A stretch of 64,000 nucleotides of DNA, taken from the NCBI GenBank assembly GCA_001662655.1, contig KV460210.1; one strand, 5' to 3'. Under the pieces are notes generated by a model that worked only from the letters and a program-made list of their open reading frames with translations, was not told where the DNA came from and ran no database searches. This document shows, one piece after another, positions 49,902 to 62,472 of this stretch. Origin of the DNA: Pseudogymnoascus verrucosus (taxonomy: Eukaryota). Every line of letters begins with the position of its first letter. Position 1 is the stretch's first letter. Position numbers and translations under genes: made by a program.

Positions 49902-51346
49902 CTAGCTGTCGTCGGCGTATGCCATACTACTGGCTACATCAGGCTGCGAGCGCTGCTGCTCTCGTTGCGCGACGACTTCGCGGGCGTAGAACTCCACGAG
50001 CATCGTTCCGTATGCCTCTAGTTCCTCGACGGGGACGGCGAGGCGGAAGTCGTTGAGGAGGAGGAATTGCAGTTCCAGGTGGTTCAGTTCTGCTAGAGGG
50101 AGACCGCCGACCTATTGCTGTCAGTATACGTCCTTGGGGATGTGACTGCGAGGGGATCAAAGGGAAAAGGACATACCTTTGCATATCGAGAATTAGTATA
50201 AAACGTATCCGAGAAGAACTTGCTCGCGCACGTCACTCCCGATATCAGTAGGCGGTGGATGTTATAGCTGTCCACCACAAAGTAGTGCGCTAGGTTATAC
50301 TGCGGCGAATCCTCATCCGGCGGAGTGGCGTACTGTCCCCTCGCCGTGTCCTCAACGCTGCCATTCACGCTGAGCCCAGACATCGGCGTCCGTGGCATCT
50401 CCGGATCTTCATGCCGCGAGGTCGAGCGCCCAGTGGAAGGTCGAGAGGGGTGGCCATCAGAAGAGGGTGTCTCCCTCGTGCTATCTGTAGAACCAGCGTT
50501 CACGCGCTCCGTCATGCGGTCGAAGTAGACCAACAAGCTCAGAAACACCTCGTACGTCAGGGGACAGTACTTGTGTACCCGGCTCAGGTAGCTCAGGATG
50601 GTAATGCTTGGCACATTCTTCCCATGGAACGCCAGGACGCTCGTCGTCAGACCGGACATATTCGTATTCCCCTCCGACGGCGGCAATGGCATATGTAGAT
50701 GCTCATGCTGCCTGTCGTTCGTCGTCGTTATCTTCGTCAACAGCCCCGCAACCATCTCAATGATGTCCGTCACCGGCATAGCGGCAATCTCATATTTCGG
50801 CGTCGCCTCCCTCCCCAGCGCCCTGTATTCCGACGCTCGATTCGTCAAGAACTCCTCTGTGGCGAAGCTCTGTATATGTGCCAGGTCCCGCACCTTTATG
50901 GTACTACTCTCCTGCCTCAATGCGTCGTCTGCCGTCCACACCGGCCGCGGCGGCGGGCTCGTCGAATTCGCCGGTGACGCTAACACCGACCCATCGTGTT
51001 GTGGGATGTAATCACTCCGCGCTGGTGGTGCATGCTGGCCTGCCCTAGGCTGGCCGTGCTGCTCAAAGTACTGCTGGCTCGCAAAAGGCTGCCGCACGGT
51101 AGCCTCGTCCTCTGAGCTGGAGTCGGTCGGCGGCCGGCGGGGAAACTGCCCCGGGCGATCGTAGGACTCGTTCGCGATGCGATAAGGGATTTCGTTTGGT
51201 TGCCTCACGCGCTGGGTCGGCGGGGAGCGGCGGCGCGGGTTGGAGGAGGATCGGTAGCGCGGCGGGGAGTGCTGGCGCTCATCGCCTCGTCTCATGGTGG
51301 GGAAGTATCGGGTGTCTGTGACAGTCTCGCTGATCACAGCAGCCAT
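49902..51346 (-). CDS. Pho85 cyclin, Pcl6/Pcl7-like; 2 coding exons
   Basis: FHGKNVPSITILSYLSR, NIHRLLISGVTCASKFFSD.FY.NSRYAK|VGGLPLAELNHLELQFL. The start codon is uncertain. Confidence 0.9.
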
Positions 51347-52477
51347 ATTACACTAGAATGTCGAGGACTGCGCGAGGGATGATGTTAGTCTAGGTGTTCA
51401 CACTGTGCATAGACGCGTGGTGGGATAATGGAAGCAGGCTGAGCTGTGCCGGAAGTGGGGTACACAGGCCTGCCTGCCCGTCACGTCACAGGTAAAGGAG
51501 GGGCGAGGCGGAGTGGCCGTGAAGCTCGGCGAACGCGCAACAACAGAGTGGCGCGCCCAGCTGAACGAGAAACCGGGTTCGTGGTGAGACCCTGCGTTTT
51601 GGACTTCCGGCCGCCTCTGGTCGCCACGGTTCCCATATCAACCTTATCCTGAGCCACAGCTGAAGAGGATGTGGGGTGGATGCTGCCTGTGACGTGTCGC
51701 GCATGTAGACCCACGTCTTGCTCTGACCTGCGAACTATGGGCTTCAATGCAGAAGGCGCAAAAAGCTTACCTGCAGCATTCCTCTGGTGGCAAAACTGCC
51801 CGGTGTGTTGAATGTAATCGTCTCTCTTAGTTGTAGCTGCGAGAACAAAAGGCCTTGTTCGATATTTTTGCCGGGGGTGAGCGCGCTTTTGTAGGGTGAC
51901 GGATCGGGTGGAGCTGGATGTTTCGAGGGGATTATTCGAGGCTCCGATGGTTTCTGGTGGCGGGTATCAGGGGTATTTGTTGTTGTCGTGGTGGTTGTTG
52001 GGTCGTGAGATATGTTGTGGCGGTAATGGATGGCGAGATTTGGAGGAAGTCCCTTGGGGGTCGATATACGACGGACGTCACTGGCTAGCTTTAGTCGGAG
52101 CGGGCGAAAAGACACAGCCGCCCTCAGCGATAAGTAAAGAGGAGTAAGAGGTGAGGGATTTTGAAAAAGCAAAAACACACACACACAAATGAGGCACGAA
52201 ATAATTAAGCAGCAAGAGGAATCAATTGCCAACGCCGTCTATAGATGATCGCGAATATAGGATAGCGGGCGGGATGCGAGCGAGAGAGGGGGAGGGGGAA
52301 GAAAGAGGAGAAAGAGAGAGAGGAGAAGGAGGGAGAGAGAAAGTGGGAGAGATAATGCGGGAGAGCCACCTTTTTACATGGGAAGAGGGAGATGGGGACG
52401 GGGATGGGGACGGGACGGAGACGATCGATGATTGTCGCCGCATAACGCACGCTATGGGTACAGTTTGTACTAAGGGT

Positions 52478-53105
52478 GTAGTATGGGTGTAGTATGGGTG
52501 TAGTATGGGCATAGTATGGGGGTATACAGTACATTAGGGGTGATTTTTGAGTATTAGCTGTATTAGCTAGAAAGGTAAAAAGTGGTAAGATAGTGGTAGG
52601 GTAGTTGGTAGTTGGTGGTTAGTAGTGGTAGAATGGAGAATGCAGAATGGAGGACAATTCATTGGAGATTGAGTGGTAAGTGGGTTGGGTTTAGGGATGG
52701 GAGGGATGGGAGGGAGGGGATGGGATAGATGAGATATTGTAAATGCATGATGGCCTATCGTTTTCTAATGTGGTTGATTATGGTTGATTGTGGTGTTAAT
52801 TTGTGTATTAAAGTGTTTAAGGTGGTGTATTAGGTGTATTAGGTGTATTAGGTCTATTATTGTCTTGCTTTAACTTGCTTTAACTCGCAATGTCTTTCTG
52901 AGAGTGGTAGATGTATATTATCGAATAGACTGGCGTGGTGGTGGGCGTGGTGGGTGAGGTGGGTGAGGCGTGGTAAGGCGTGGATCGTCGAGGGGGGGCG
53001 TGTTGATGGGCGTGGGTAGTGGGTAAGAGGCGTTGTTAGGAGGCGTGGTAAGAGGCGTGGTAAGAGTCGTGGTAAGAGGCGTGGTGGTGGTAGTCGTCGT
53101 CGTGG
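52478..53105. repeat. G-rich simple repeats: GTAGTATGGG x4, GGTGTATTA x3 and eight GGCGTGG copies
   Basis: Seen directly in the long intergenic region upstream of the cyclin gene. Confidence 0.75.
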
Positions 53106-54557
53106 TAGTTCTAGCAGTTACAGGATGAGAAAGATGGGCTATTGGGATAAGATTATTGGGATTATTGGGATTATTGGTTATGGGTTACAGTATTGGGTTA
53201 TGGGCGAGTACTCGTTATGGGCCATAGGAAAGGCCATGGGATTGATAGGGAACAAGGACACTGATACAAGTATCACGAACCATAAACTCACCATAAACCC
53301 ACCACCAAGTAATACAGATCAAAAGTACACAGTACAACCATCCCATCCCATCCCATCCCATCCCGTTGGCTGTGGATGCGCATAGCGTATTGTACCGCGG
53401 AGGTCTGTGTCTGGACCACCTTTTTTTTTCCCTTTAAAGAATCCCCCCCCTAATGCCTGCCAAAAACCACGCCTGCGAATCATATCCCCTATCTGATCCC
53501 CGTGTTTATGGTCCATCGAACGTCGTGCGTGGTCCTGGGTCAGTGGTGAGGCCGCAACGGACCGGGTATCTACCTACCTTCCTTCATGCCCGGCCACAGA
53601 AGTAAGACACGAGGAAGACCCCATCTCCATTACCATAACCAACAATTGCCTGTAATTCCGTGTGGTGTATACATACAGCTGCTGTGTTGGTATAGATAGA
53701 CTTCCCGAATCCATGGCTGGCCCAGACCGAACGGGCTTCAATCAGCTAATCAATCAATCTCCTACCCGCCTCAACACCGACGTACCCCATACCAATTCCC
53801 ATACGCTGCACACGCTACGAATCATCCCCTTCCCCTTCTCCTTGATCTCCCCTCCCTCCCTCCCGTGCCACCCCCTACGCTACCATGCTTACTTGCTCCC
53901 TCCCCACCACCACCACCACCCACAGCACTCCCACGCCCCTCTGTCACGCCCCTCACACGCCCAACTACCACCATACGCACCATCACCACTACACCGCCTC
54001 ACATTCCATCATCATCGGATTTCACCATACCTGCACACATATCCCATTCCCCCTTCCATCCCCCTTGCTCCTCACCGCTTAGACCAGTACCGGACAGCAC
54101 CACAAACACCCACCTCCCTTCACCACACCACTCACCCATCTCCCCATCTCCCCATCCCCGATCTCCCATAATCCCCATTCGCTGGCCCGTCCCGCAACTC
54201 CTCCCCTCCCCCCTCCCCGGCTCCCTCGCCATCCATTCAGTACCACCACGCGCCGCCGCTCACAGCACATCATATTTCCCGACCACGCCGAAGCCGAAAC
54301 ATCACACACAACGACACGTGGGGGACATGGGGGGGGACGATCGCAGCAAAACGCGGAACCATCGGGTGGATATCAAATCTATTTCCCCATCCCCGAAAAA
54401 AATAACAAACGCCTAACCGCGCGCCCGCCCACCAACATACTTTGCCATTCCACTCCACTTCCCCCTCCCAGCCTTACCCCCCCTGGTCGCTTGTCCATCT
54501 TCCGCCACACGCCGCGCCACACCTCCTCGATCGCTGGGCTCGACTCGCTCTCTAGAC

Positions 54558-55622
54558 TCAGGCTACATTAACCTTATACCCATTATCCGGCAGGTACAAG
54601 TGCCTCACGGCACCCTTCTTCGTCAGCACCACCATGCGGATCACGCCTCCGGAGCTACCATCCCACTTGATCGCCTCGGCCAGCGCGCCCTTGACGAAAT
54701 CCACCGCTGCCGCCTCCTCGAAGCCCTCCTGCCAGTTCGCGTCGCAGTATCCGTAGATGTACGTCGATCCGGAGCCGCCGATCGCATACGACTGCTTGTG
54801 CAGCGAGCCGCCGAGGGGGATCGAGTACACCTGCCCGCCGTGGCGCTCGTCCCAGCCAGCGATGATCAGTCCAGCACTATATCGTCTGCGTCAGCATTTG
54901 TGCCATCTCCGTCTCCGTCTCCCATATCTCCCATGATCCAGCTCTCTCTCTCTCTCCCCTTCCCTCTCTCCCTCGTTCTGTGTGCGGGTATGGATGTGGA
55001 TGTCTGTCCTCACCTTAACCTGTCCTTATTGTTGTAGCACAGCTCCTGGAACATCGCCGCGGCCACCTGCGTCGTCGGCGGCGCCCCGTTCTGGATCCCG
55101 TACATCCCGAGCTGGTAGTGCACGATGTCCGCGACAGCCTGCGTGTCGGCCGCCGAGCCGGACCGGCAGCACCAGATCGTGTCGTGCACCTGCGTCAGCT
55201 TGTCCGTCACGCGGTTGGCGATATAGGCCCCGGTTGTGGTTCTGCTGTCCGCGCCTGTGTTCGTACGTCAGCCTTGCCCTTACTCCCACTCCTTCCTTAC
55301 TGCCAGTATGTGTGCGTACCTAATATGACGCCGTCTTTGAAGTTGATTGCCATGCTAGTTGGGGTCAGTTGGGATTCGTTTGTGGTTGCTGGCGCGGTGA
55401 GATCAAAGCTTACATTGACGTTCCTAAGCTACGGAGAAGGGTCAGTTGATGGTACTTGAAGCTTCAGACAGCTGTAACTCACTTCACCTCGCCCTTCTTG
55501 AGCCTGTCCATGTCGACGTGAATGCCATCTGCAATGATCCTGGTCAACAACAGCTTCACCGGGGGGAGCAGAGCCACGAATCACGCACCCTCATTCAGCA
55601 TTCCTGAGTTGCCGAACTCCAT
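54558..55622 (-). CDS. PRE3: 20S proteasome subunit beta-1 (caspase-like); 6 exons
   Basis: [58 protein letters not shown] and [11 protein letters not shown]. Confidence 0.95.
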
Positions 55623-56153
55623 ATTGTTGTGTTTTTCGGATTCTTATTTTCTTATTATACAAATGTCAAGGTCTATTCGTCGATTTGCGCGTGTTTGAAA
55701 GGGTGAGAGGTTGTTTTTGCTGTTTTGAGAGCTTCAATGTATGTTCCCTTGACGGGCGGCTGTCAGGCAGCTTGGTCTTCGTAACGGTTGGGGCTCCGAG
55801 AGAGTTATTCCGCTCCGAGATTCCAGGTTGGTTTGTTGATTACTACAATTACCACAAAGTTCCTTGCGCACGGGCCATCCTCGGAACTTTTGGGCGGCAC
55901 GACCACTTGGGCGCTATGTGTGTGGGGTGCGGCCGATGTTCGGGACTGCAACCAGACTTTATTTATCCCCCCACCATTGGGACTCATCAGCCCTCATCAG
56001 CCTCGTCTTACTCACCGTGCTGCGTTTCGTTCCTATTTGTATACACACGAGCTTTGAAGCATATCTAGAGATTCTTTTTTGCATACAAAACTTGTGTGAA
56101 TTGTAAATATATTCTTGCATTTTCTCAAATATCAACCCAAAATCTATCACAAA

Positions 56154-57497
56154 ATGGTTTTCCCTCCTCCGCCAGTCGATACCATTGGTAAGTCAACCCC
56201 GCTTCAACATCACCGTCAGACCGAGGGAAGCATCCCCACGGCTCAAGAGATGCTCTCTTAGCTGTCCTGGCCTTTGATCCCTCTTCAATCCTCTCCCAAC
56301 TCCTACATTACCCCTCCATCCCCCACCTTTCCCCTCTATCCGAGCAACAACTCACTGACCCGGCCCTCCCGCAGACTGGAACGACATCGGCTTCAAAGTC
56401 CGCGAAGTAAACGGCCACATCGAATGCCACTACTCCAAGAAGACCGGACAATGGACCGCCCCCAAATTCGTTACCGACCCCTTCCTCCGCATCCACGGCA
56501 TGGCCCCCGGCCTCAACTACGGCCAACAAGCATATGAAGGCCTCAAGGCCTTCCGCACCCCAAACAACACCATCCAGATCTTCCGCCCCTCCAAAAACGC
56601 CCTCCGCATGCAGCACTCCGCGGACTTCATCTCCATCCCCCAGATCCCAGAGGCTGTCTTCGTCGAAGCCGTCCACGCCGCCGTCGCCCTGAATGCCGCG
56701 CACGTGCCCCCCTTCGAGACAGGCGCTGCGATGTACATCCGCCCGCTCGTCTTTGGGTCTTCCGCTCAGCTCGGCCTCAGCCCGCCGGAGGAATACACTT
56801 TCTGCGTCTACGTCCTCCCCGTCGGCGTCTACCACGGCGTCCACCCCGTCAAGGCTCTCATCCTTGAGGACTTCGACCGCTCCGCCCCTGAGGGCACGGG
56901 CAGCGCAAAGGTCGGCGGAAACTACGCACCTGTCCTGCGTCACAGTGATAAGGCTCGCAATGAGGGCTTTGGAATTACGCTGCATCTCGATTCGCAGACT
57001 CGCTCGGAGATTGACGAGTTCTCCACCAGCGGCTTCATCGGCGTCAGGACCGAGGGAGATAAGACCACCATCGCGGTGCCAGATAGCAAGAATGTGATTG
57101 CCAGTGTGACTGCCGATTCCGTCCTCGAGATCGCAAAGTCCCTCGGATACACCGTCGAGAAGCGTTCGGTAAGAAGCCCCCTATCTCACTCTTGTTCCAT
57201 CCAGACCAGGTATCAGACCAACAGCTAACCCGCACCCACTAGATCAAATATGAAGAACTCCCCACCTTCACCGAGGTCGTCGCCGCCGGCACCGCTGCGG
57301 CACTCGTCCCCATCCGCTCCATCACCCGCCGCTCCCGCGACGACACTTTCCCCTACATCGCGGAGGAGACCGAGGAGCCGGGACCAGTCTTCACGAAGCT
57401 GCTCACGACGCTGCAGGATATCCAGAGGGGTAAGGCTGCGGATCCTTATGGATGGTGTGAGTTGGTGAAGGAGCCGGAGGCGGGGAAGTATGAGTAG
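56154..57497 (+). CDS. Branched-chain amino-acid aminotransferase (class IV PLP, TOXF-like); 3 exons
   Basis: LNYGQQAYEGLKAFR, YIRP, AKVGGNY (PLP lysine), IDEFSTS and GTAA. Confidence 0.93.
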
Positions 57498-58189
57498 GTG
57501 GGGAAAGGGGTTGGATATGTAGATAGGAAATAGAGGTGAGCATTGGGATAAATAAAATTATGTTGAATGCATGGTCTAGATTATTGAATCGGTGGTTTTG
57601 AGATTTATGAGCAAGTTGTGATGGGTATCGATCTTGGTGTTCTGAGTATATTGCATGACTGAAAAGATCTGCTCTTAGCTGACGAAATATGAGAACTTGT
57701 AAAAACAGCAGGCGGTCAACTTTACATCAAACTCATGTTGGACTGTTCAACGTGTATGAAAGGTCCTTTACTATTCATAATATGTGCTGTAGAATCCAAA
57801 ACTGAAAACGGAAAGCAAAACTAAAAGAGAAATCGCTGTGGTGAAGGGAAAGAATTCCCTTTATAAAACCCGAGACTGAAAACGGTAGAGCGCAAGTAGT
57901 ATTGCTATCGAGTCGGGCAAAAATTCCTTTCGTAACTTAACTTTCTTTGCTTACCTCTCTCCCATTAAGTGGCTCCTTGTACCCCCTCTCCCCCTTTGAG
58001 GCTATTCTACTCCTTTGAAGCTCCTCCCCTCCTTTGTAGCTCCTCTTCCCATTTATACCTCTACATGTCTCCTCTTCGTCCTCCACCTTCCATCTTCCAT
58101 CCTCCACACCTCTACTACCTCTTATTTCGTACAGTAAATCTACTACATCTTCATTGAAACCAAGATCCAACAACTTCAAACATCACAAC

Positions 58190-58976
58190 ATGAGCACTCC
58201 AAATACGTATGTATCTTAGGCACCTAAATCGAATTATGCTAACAGAGAGATCTCACGGCAACAGCCAGCCAGAAACCTCAGCTGGGGCTGCTTCTACGGA
58301 AGGTGTCCTTGTGATAGAGGACAAAATAAAAATCTCTCACGAAGCTATAATCGACTTTTCAAGCCCCATCATAACGGATGAGGATGTAGTCTGCTCTCAG
58401 ACGGATCGAGACGGATTCAAAGCTTTCGTCGAGGACCAAGGCGAGAGCGATCTTGGCAAGACTATTCGACTCATTGATTATATTGTGGCCAAAGAAATAT
58501 ACGAGTCATCCCAGGTATGTGATCTAATAAGTATCAAAGCTCAATCACTAACTGCTGCGTAGGCTGACTTGGTCAATGAACCTCGTTTCCATGGGGTTAC
58601 GATCCAAGAAACAGCAACCCTTGTCGTGATGCGCATTCGGAACGAAACCTTCACAAAATTAAAGACTTCCGAGGCAGCCTGGGAATTGTTTCTGATGGCG
58701 TTACGACAAGATGGTGTTGCCTGTGACTACAAGAACGAAACAGAGGCCCTCATACGGACGCTAGGGGGCACAGTTCCCATGGACGTATGGGATCGGATCT
58801 GGAGACAGTTCATGCCTGCCTGGCGTGCCGACGTTTTCCGTGCTTCCAGTGCGATGGCCAATGATTTGGTGAATTTCATAGATAGTTAGAACTCTGGGGA
58901 AAAAAGGTTTCAGGCCATCTTGGTATCGCTGCCTGATTGGATCAAGGAGTGGATGGAGAAGACGCTCAAGAAGTAA
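58190..58976 (+). CDS. Orphan protein; 3 exons; first stop TAG at 58887-58889 with a further 28 in-frame codons to TAA at 58976
   Basis: Canonical GTATGT introns at 58207-58264 and 58514-58562 join ORFs 58209 and 58569. No recognisable domain. Confidence 0.7.
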
Positions 58977-59580
58977 AGAAGGGGGATGTTGCTCTGCTGT
59001 TGTTTTTCAAGTCGACGGAAGGAGTGGGATGGAATCGGATCTATACTTAGTTAGAATGGAACCAGGTCAATACTTAGTTAGAATAGTAGAATAACTTGAA
59101 AAAGAGAAATGCATCGCATGGCTCGCCATATTTTTGTTCTTGGTTGTGATGTTGACGCTGAGTGGAATTGCCTGTATGAAAGAGGGTGAATGCGTTGTAT
59201 CCCAGTTCAACAGTTTGATATGTTGAGAATGTGACATGAGCACACTCCCACGGAGTTTAAATACCATGCAACAGTATCATAAACATTATTTGACAGTCAA
59301 ATGATATCATGCTGCTGCCAAAAACGATATATGAAAGCTCCTGAAATATTCGTATTGGGTGTAATTTCAGATCAAGTGTATAAGACTTGTTAATTGGCGC
59401 GAGCAAATGCCCAAAACATAAAGCAGAGACCAGTCCCGTGAAAATGACTAACTACAGGCCAAGAATAAAGGTTTGTGAACTCCATAATAGGATATGAAAG
59501 CACCAGCAATAATAATCACAGCTACAAGCCAACCGAAAGCACCAGCAATAGATGGCCTCAGCAACAACCTCCCTGTACAT

Positions 59581-61605
59581 CTAACAAAACCCGAACTTAT
59601 CGACCGATATGCCATGTTCGACATAATCGAGAGCTATCTGCCGGATCGTAGCACTACACAAGCATCCGCCACGAGACGCCCATTCTTCATGGACCATATC
59701 TGCTATTCTCTCTGCTTCCGCCGGCGACGGCTTCGTGATTTTGTTGCCCGTCTTTTTGCGTAACTTCTCGAGTTCGCCAACAGCTATACCCACAATATCC
59801 TCTGGATCTGTATCTCCAAACATATAGAGCTCTGCATGCTTATGCGATGATCCATATCTGGGTTGACACTTGCGCTTCTTCGCTGTATTATGCCACCCGT
59901 TTTCTGTATCGGAGCACTCTTGGTCCAACTCGTTTTGGTACCTTTTACCACTTTTAGGTCCACCAGTTTTGCGTTCACAGTTAGTTTCAACATACCGATC
60001 CATTAGCGCAACAGCATCGGTGACTGTGCAGAGTGCGCCTGGTTCGAGCTCATTGGCCAGGGCTATTTCGGCCAGCTGGCTGAGCCAACGTGCGCTCACA
60101 ACTTGCCCAATTGGGCCAGTATCCTCAAGTTTATGGGCCAGACGCCGGAGAGCGCACCCGTCCGTTTTATAATCAAGTGCGCCCCTGTACTCCGCACGTT
60201 TGAATGTAGGTAATTGGGTGAAGCGGCCCTCGACAACCTCACGTTTTATAAGCCCGTTGATACTTTGGCGTAGGATCTCATACCGAGCAGCCAAAGCAGG
60301 CTGGGGTATAATGATATGCCGACTACATCGATCGACAAATGCTGCATCAAGTGAATCGCTAAGGTTTGAGGTGCATACAATGAGCACATTGGCGTTATTC
60401 TTTACCATATCGAATCCGGTGAGAAGTGCATTTGTAGCGCGCACAGCATCGTGGACCTCATTCCTAGCGCTGGCTGTTTCGCGAGAGGCCGCAAGACTTT
60501 CGATTTCGTCAATCAACAGCACTATCAGAGTCTTCGGTTTTTCTGACGACTGAGACGCAAGGGCTTCGAAGATTGAGTGGATCTTCACGGCACTCTGTCC
60601 AAAGTATTGGGACAATAGCGTTGCGGCATTCAGCTGCAAAAGGATCGCATCTCCAAATGTCTTGTTGAGCCTTATGGCGAGCTTCTGGGCAAGCCCGATG
60701 GACAATGAAGTTTTTCCTCACTCGCATTAGCGCTACGTAATACATAAATGGGGTAAAAGTACCTGTGCCAGGCGGACCTGATAGAAGAACAAGTCGGTTG
60801 ACAGTTGACTGCGGGCTTTGGCGGGGTCTGTATGAGAACCCAACTAGCCCAAGGGTTAGACTCCATAGAAAATGGTATGTATATACGTACTGAGATTCGT
60901 CATGAAAACCACAAGTTTTTGCTTTATTTCCTCGTCGAAGATAAGTCTGAAGCGAAATTAGCCATGTAGAGACAAACGTGGGCGATCCACTGACCTGTCC
61001 CAAGCATCATCAAATTCAGCACTCGGAAGGAGTATGGCTTCGCCACACATAGACAGAGCTTCATCGGTTTCTACTGTCTTGCGATCTTCCAACGCGTAAC
61101 AATTGATCTGAACCATATACTCTTTCACCAAAATATATCGGCAGTCATCATCTGCGCCGACAAGCTCGACTGCTTTGAGGGACTGGAGGCAATCCGGAAA
61201 AAAACACTCTGCATCTACAAGATAATCACGTAAGCGCAATTGCATTTAAAAATATGGATGTATACCTACACAAGTCGTCGCCAATCAATTCGTGATCAAG
61301 CTCTACAGCATGAATACATTGTGATCGAAAGATAACCTCAACCTTGGTCGTGAGCTGCACAGATGTTAGCTATGGAAGTAAAGCTTAGAGCAGTAACAAG
61401 AATGATTGCATACCTCTGACAGGCTCCCTGTATAAGCGGGTTTCACCTGGGCCTCGATGTAGATGGTACCCATTCGGGTATTCGGGGAGTTGGCCTCGCC
61501 CTTGCTGGGCTGATGAGGTAGGTAGGCGTCAGAGCTGTCATCAGGTCCGTCGATGATCTCAAAATCACTCAAGTCCATGGCAACTGGCTTCGCCATGGGC
61601 TCCAT
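59581..61605 (-). CDS. PCH2: Divergent Pch2/TRIP13-family AAA+ ATPase; 6 exons
   Basis: LPSAEFDDAWD.LIFD, NRLVLLSGPPGT|GKTSL...LAQKLAIRL, LLIDEIESLA, NALLT and CTSNL...D.AFVDR. Confidence 0.82.
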
Positions 61606-62472
61606 CACTGGACCGAATAAGAGAAAACTTTGTCCAATGGAAATGAACGCGAAAAGTATTCAGTAGCTTGGAGGAGCTACTGAATTCTTGAAGGAAATAT
61701 GAGAGAGACAGGTCGGAAATCAGAGAGAAAGAGAGACGATCATGTATTGAAACCACTACAACGATGAGGGATAAGGAAATCTGATGACGGAATATAAGAG
61801 AGAGGTACTTTTTTTGGAGTGGTGTTGAAATGAGGTGTTGAAATGATCGAAGGAAGCAGGTTTGTGAGATGGAGGAAATTGGATTGAAAGTCACAAACAA
61901 ACAGTGAACTTGAAGGTCAAAACAGTCTGATCAAAGACAAACAAACAAACACTGAGAATCAGAATAGGAAATCCGATAATAAAACAGAAGGGACTGGTAC
62001 TTTTCTGCAGTGGTAGTGAAATGGATGAAGAAGGAAAGAAGGAAGTTTGTAAGAGACAAGCCATCCTTCATCTTAAGACTGTCGGTCCCTTGCAGCCTTA
62101 CCCGGCAAGGCTCCACCGGCAAGGCTCTGGAACAGAACCCCAGCCATCAGATCTGCGCGCGACGATACGCGATATAGTGCTAAATGTGAATAAAGCTCGG
62201 GCCTCAATTAAAGTCTGGAGGCGGGAGCTTCAACAATAAATCATCGACATTTTGCATTCAGCGCAGTATTCACAGTATTCGCATATTTACTTCCATTACC
62301 GTCTCAAGGGGTTTCAAGACGGATCCTGTCACTTCCAGTGTTTATCTTCACAATCTCATTCCATAGAAACTATCGCTTGCCACCTTTCGCACGAATTGTC
62401 CTCCACAATTTCTTGCGACTCCACCTTAAACCACCTCCCATAAAACATGCGACAGACATAAAATCACACTCA

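Noticed and set aside
51481..54458. Numerous Pro/His/Gly-rich ORFs
   Set aside because: By-products of C-rich and G-rich simple sequence with no domain features.
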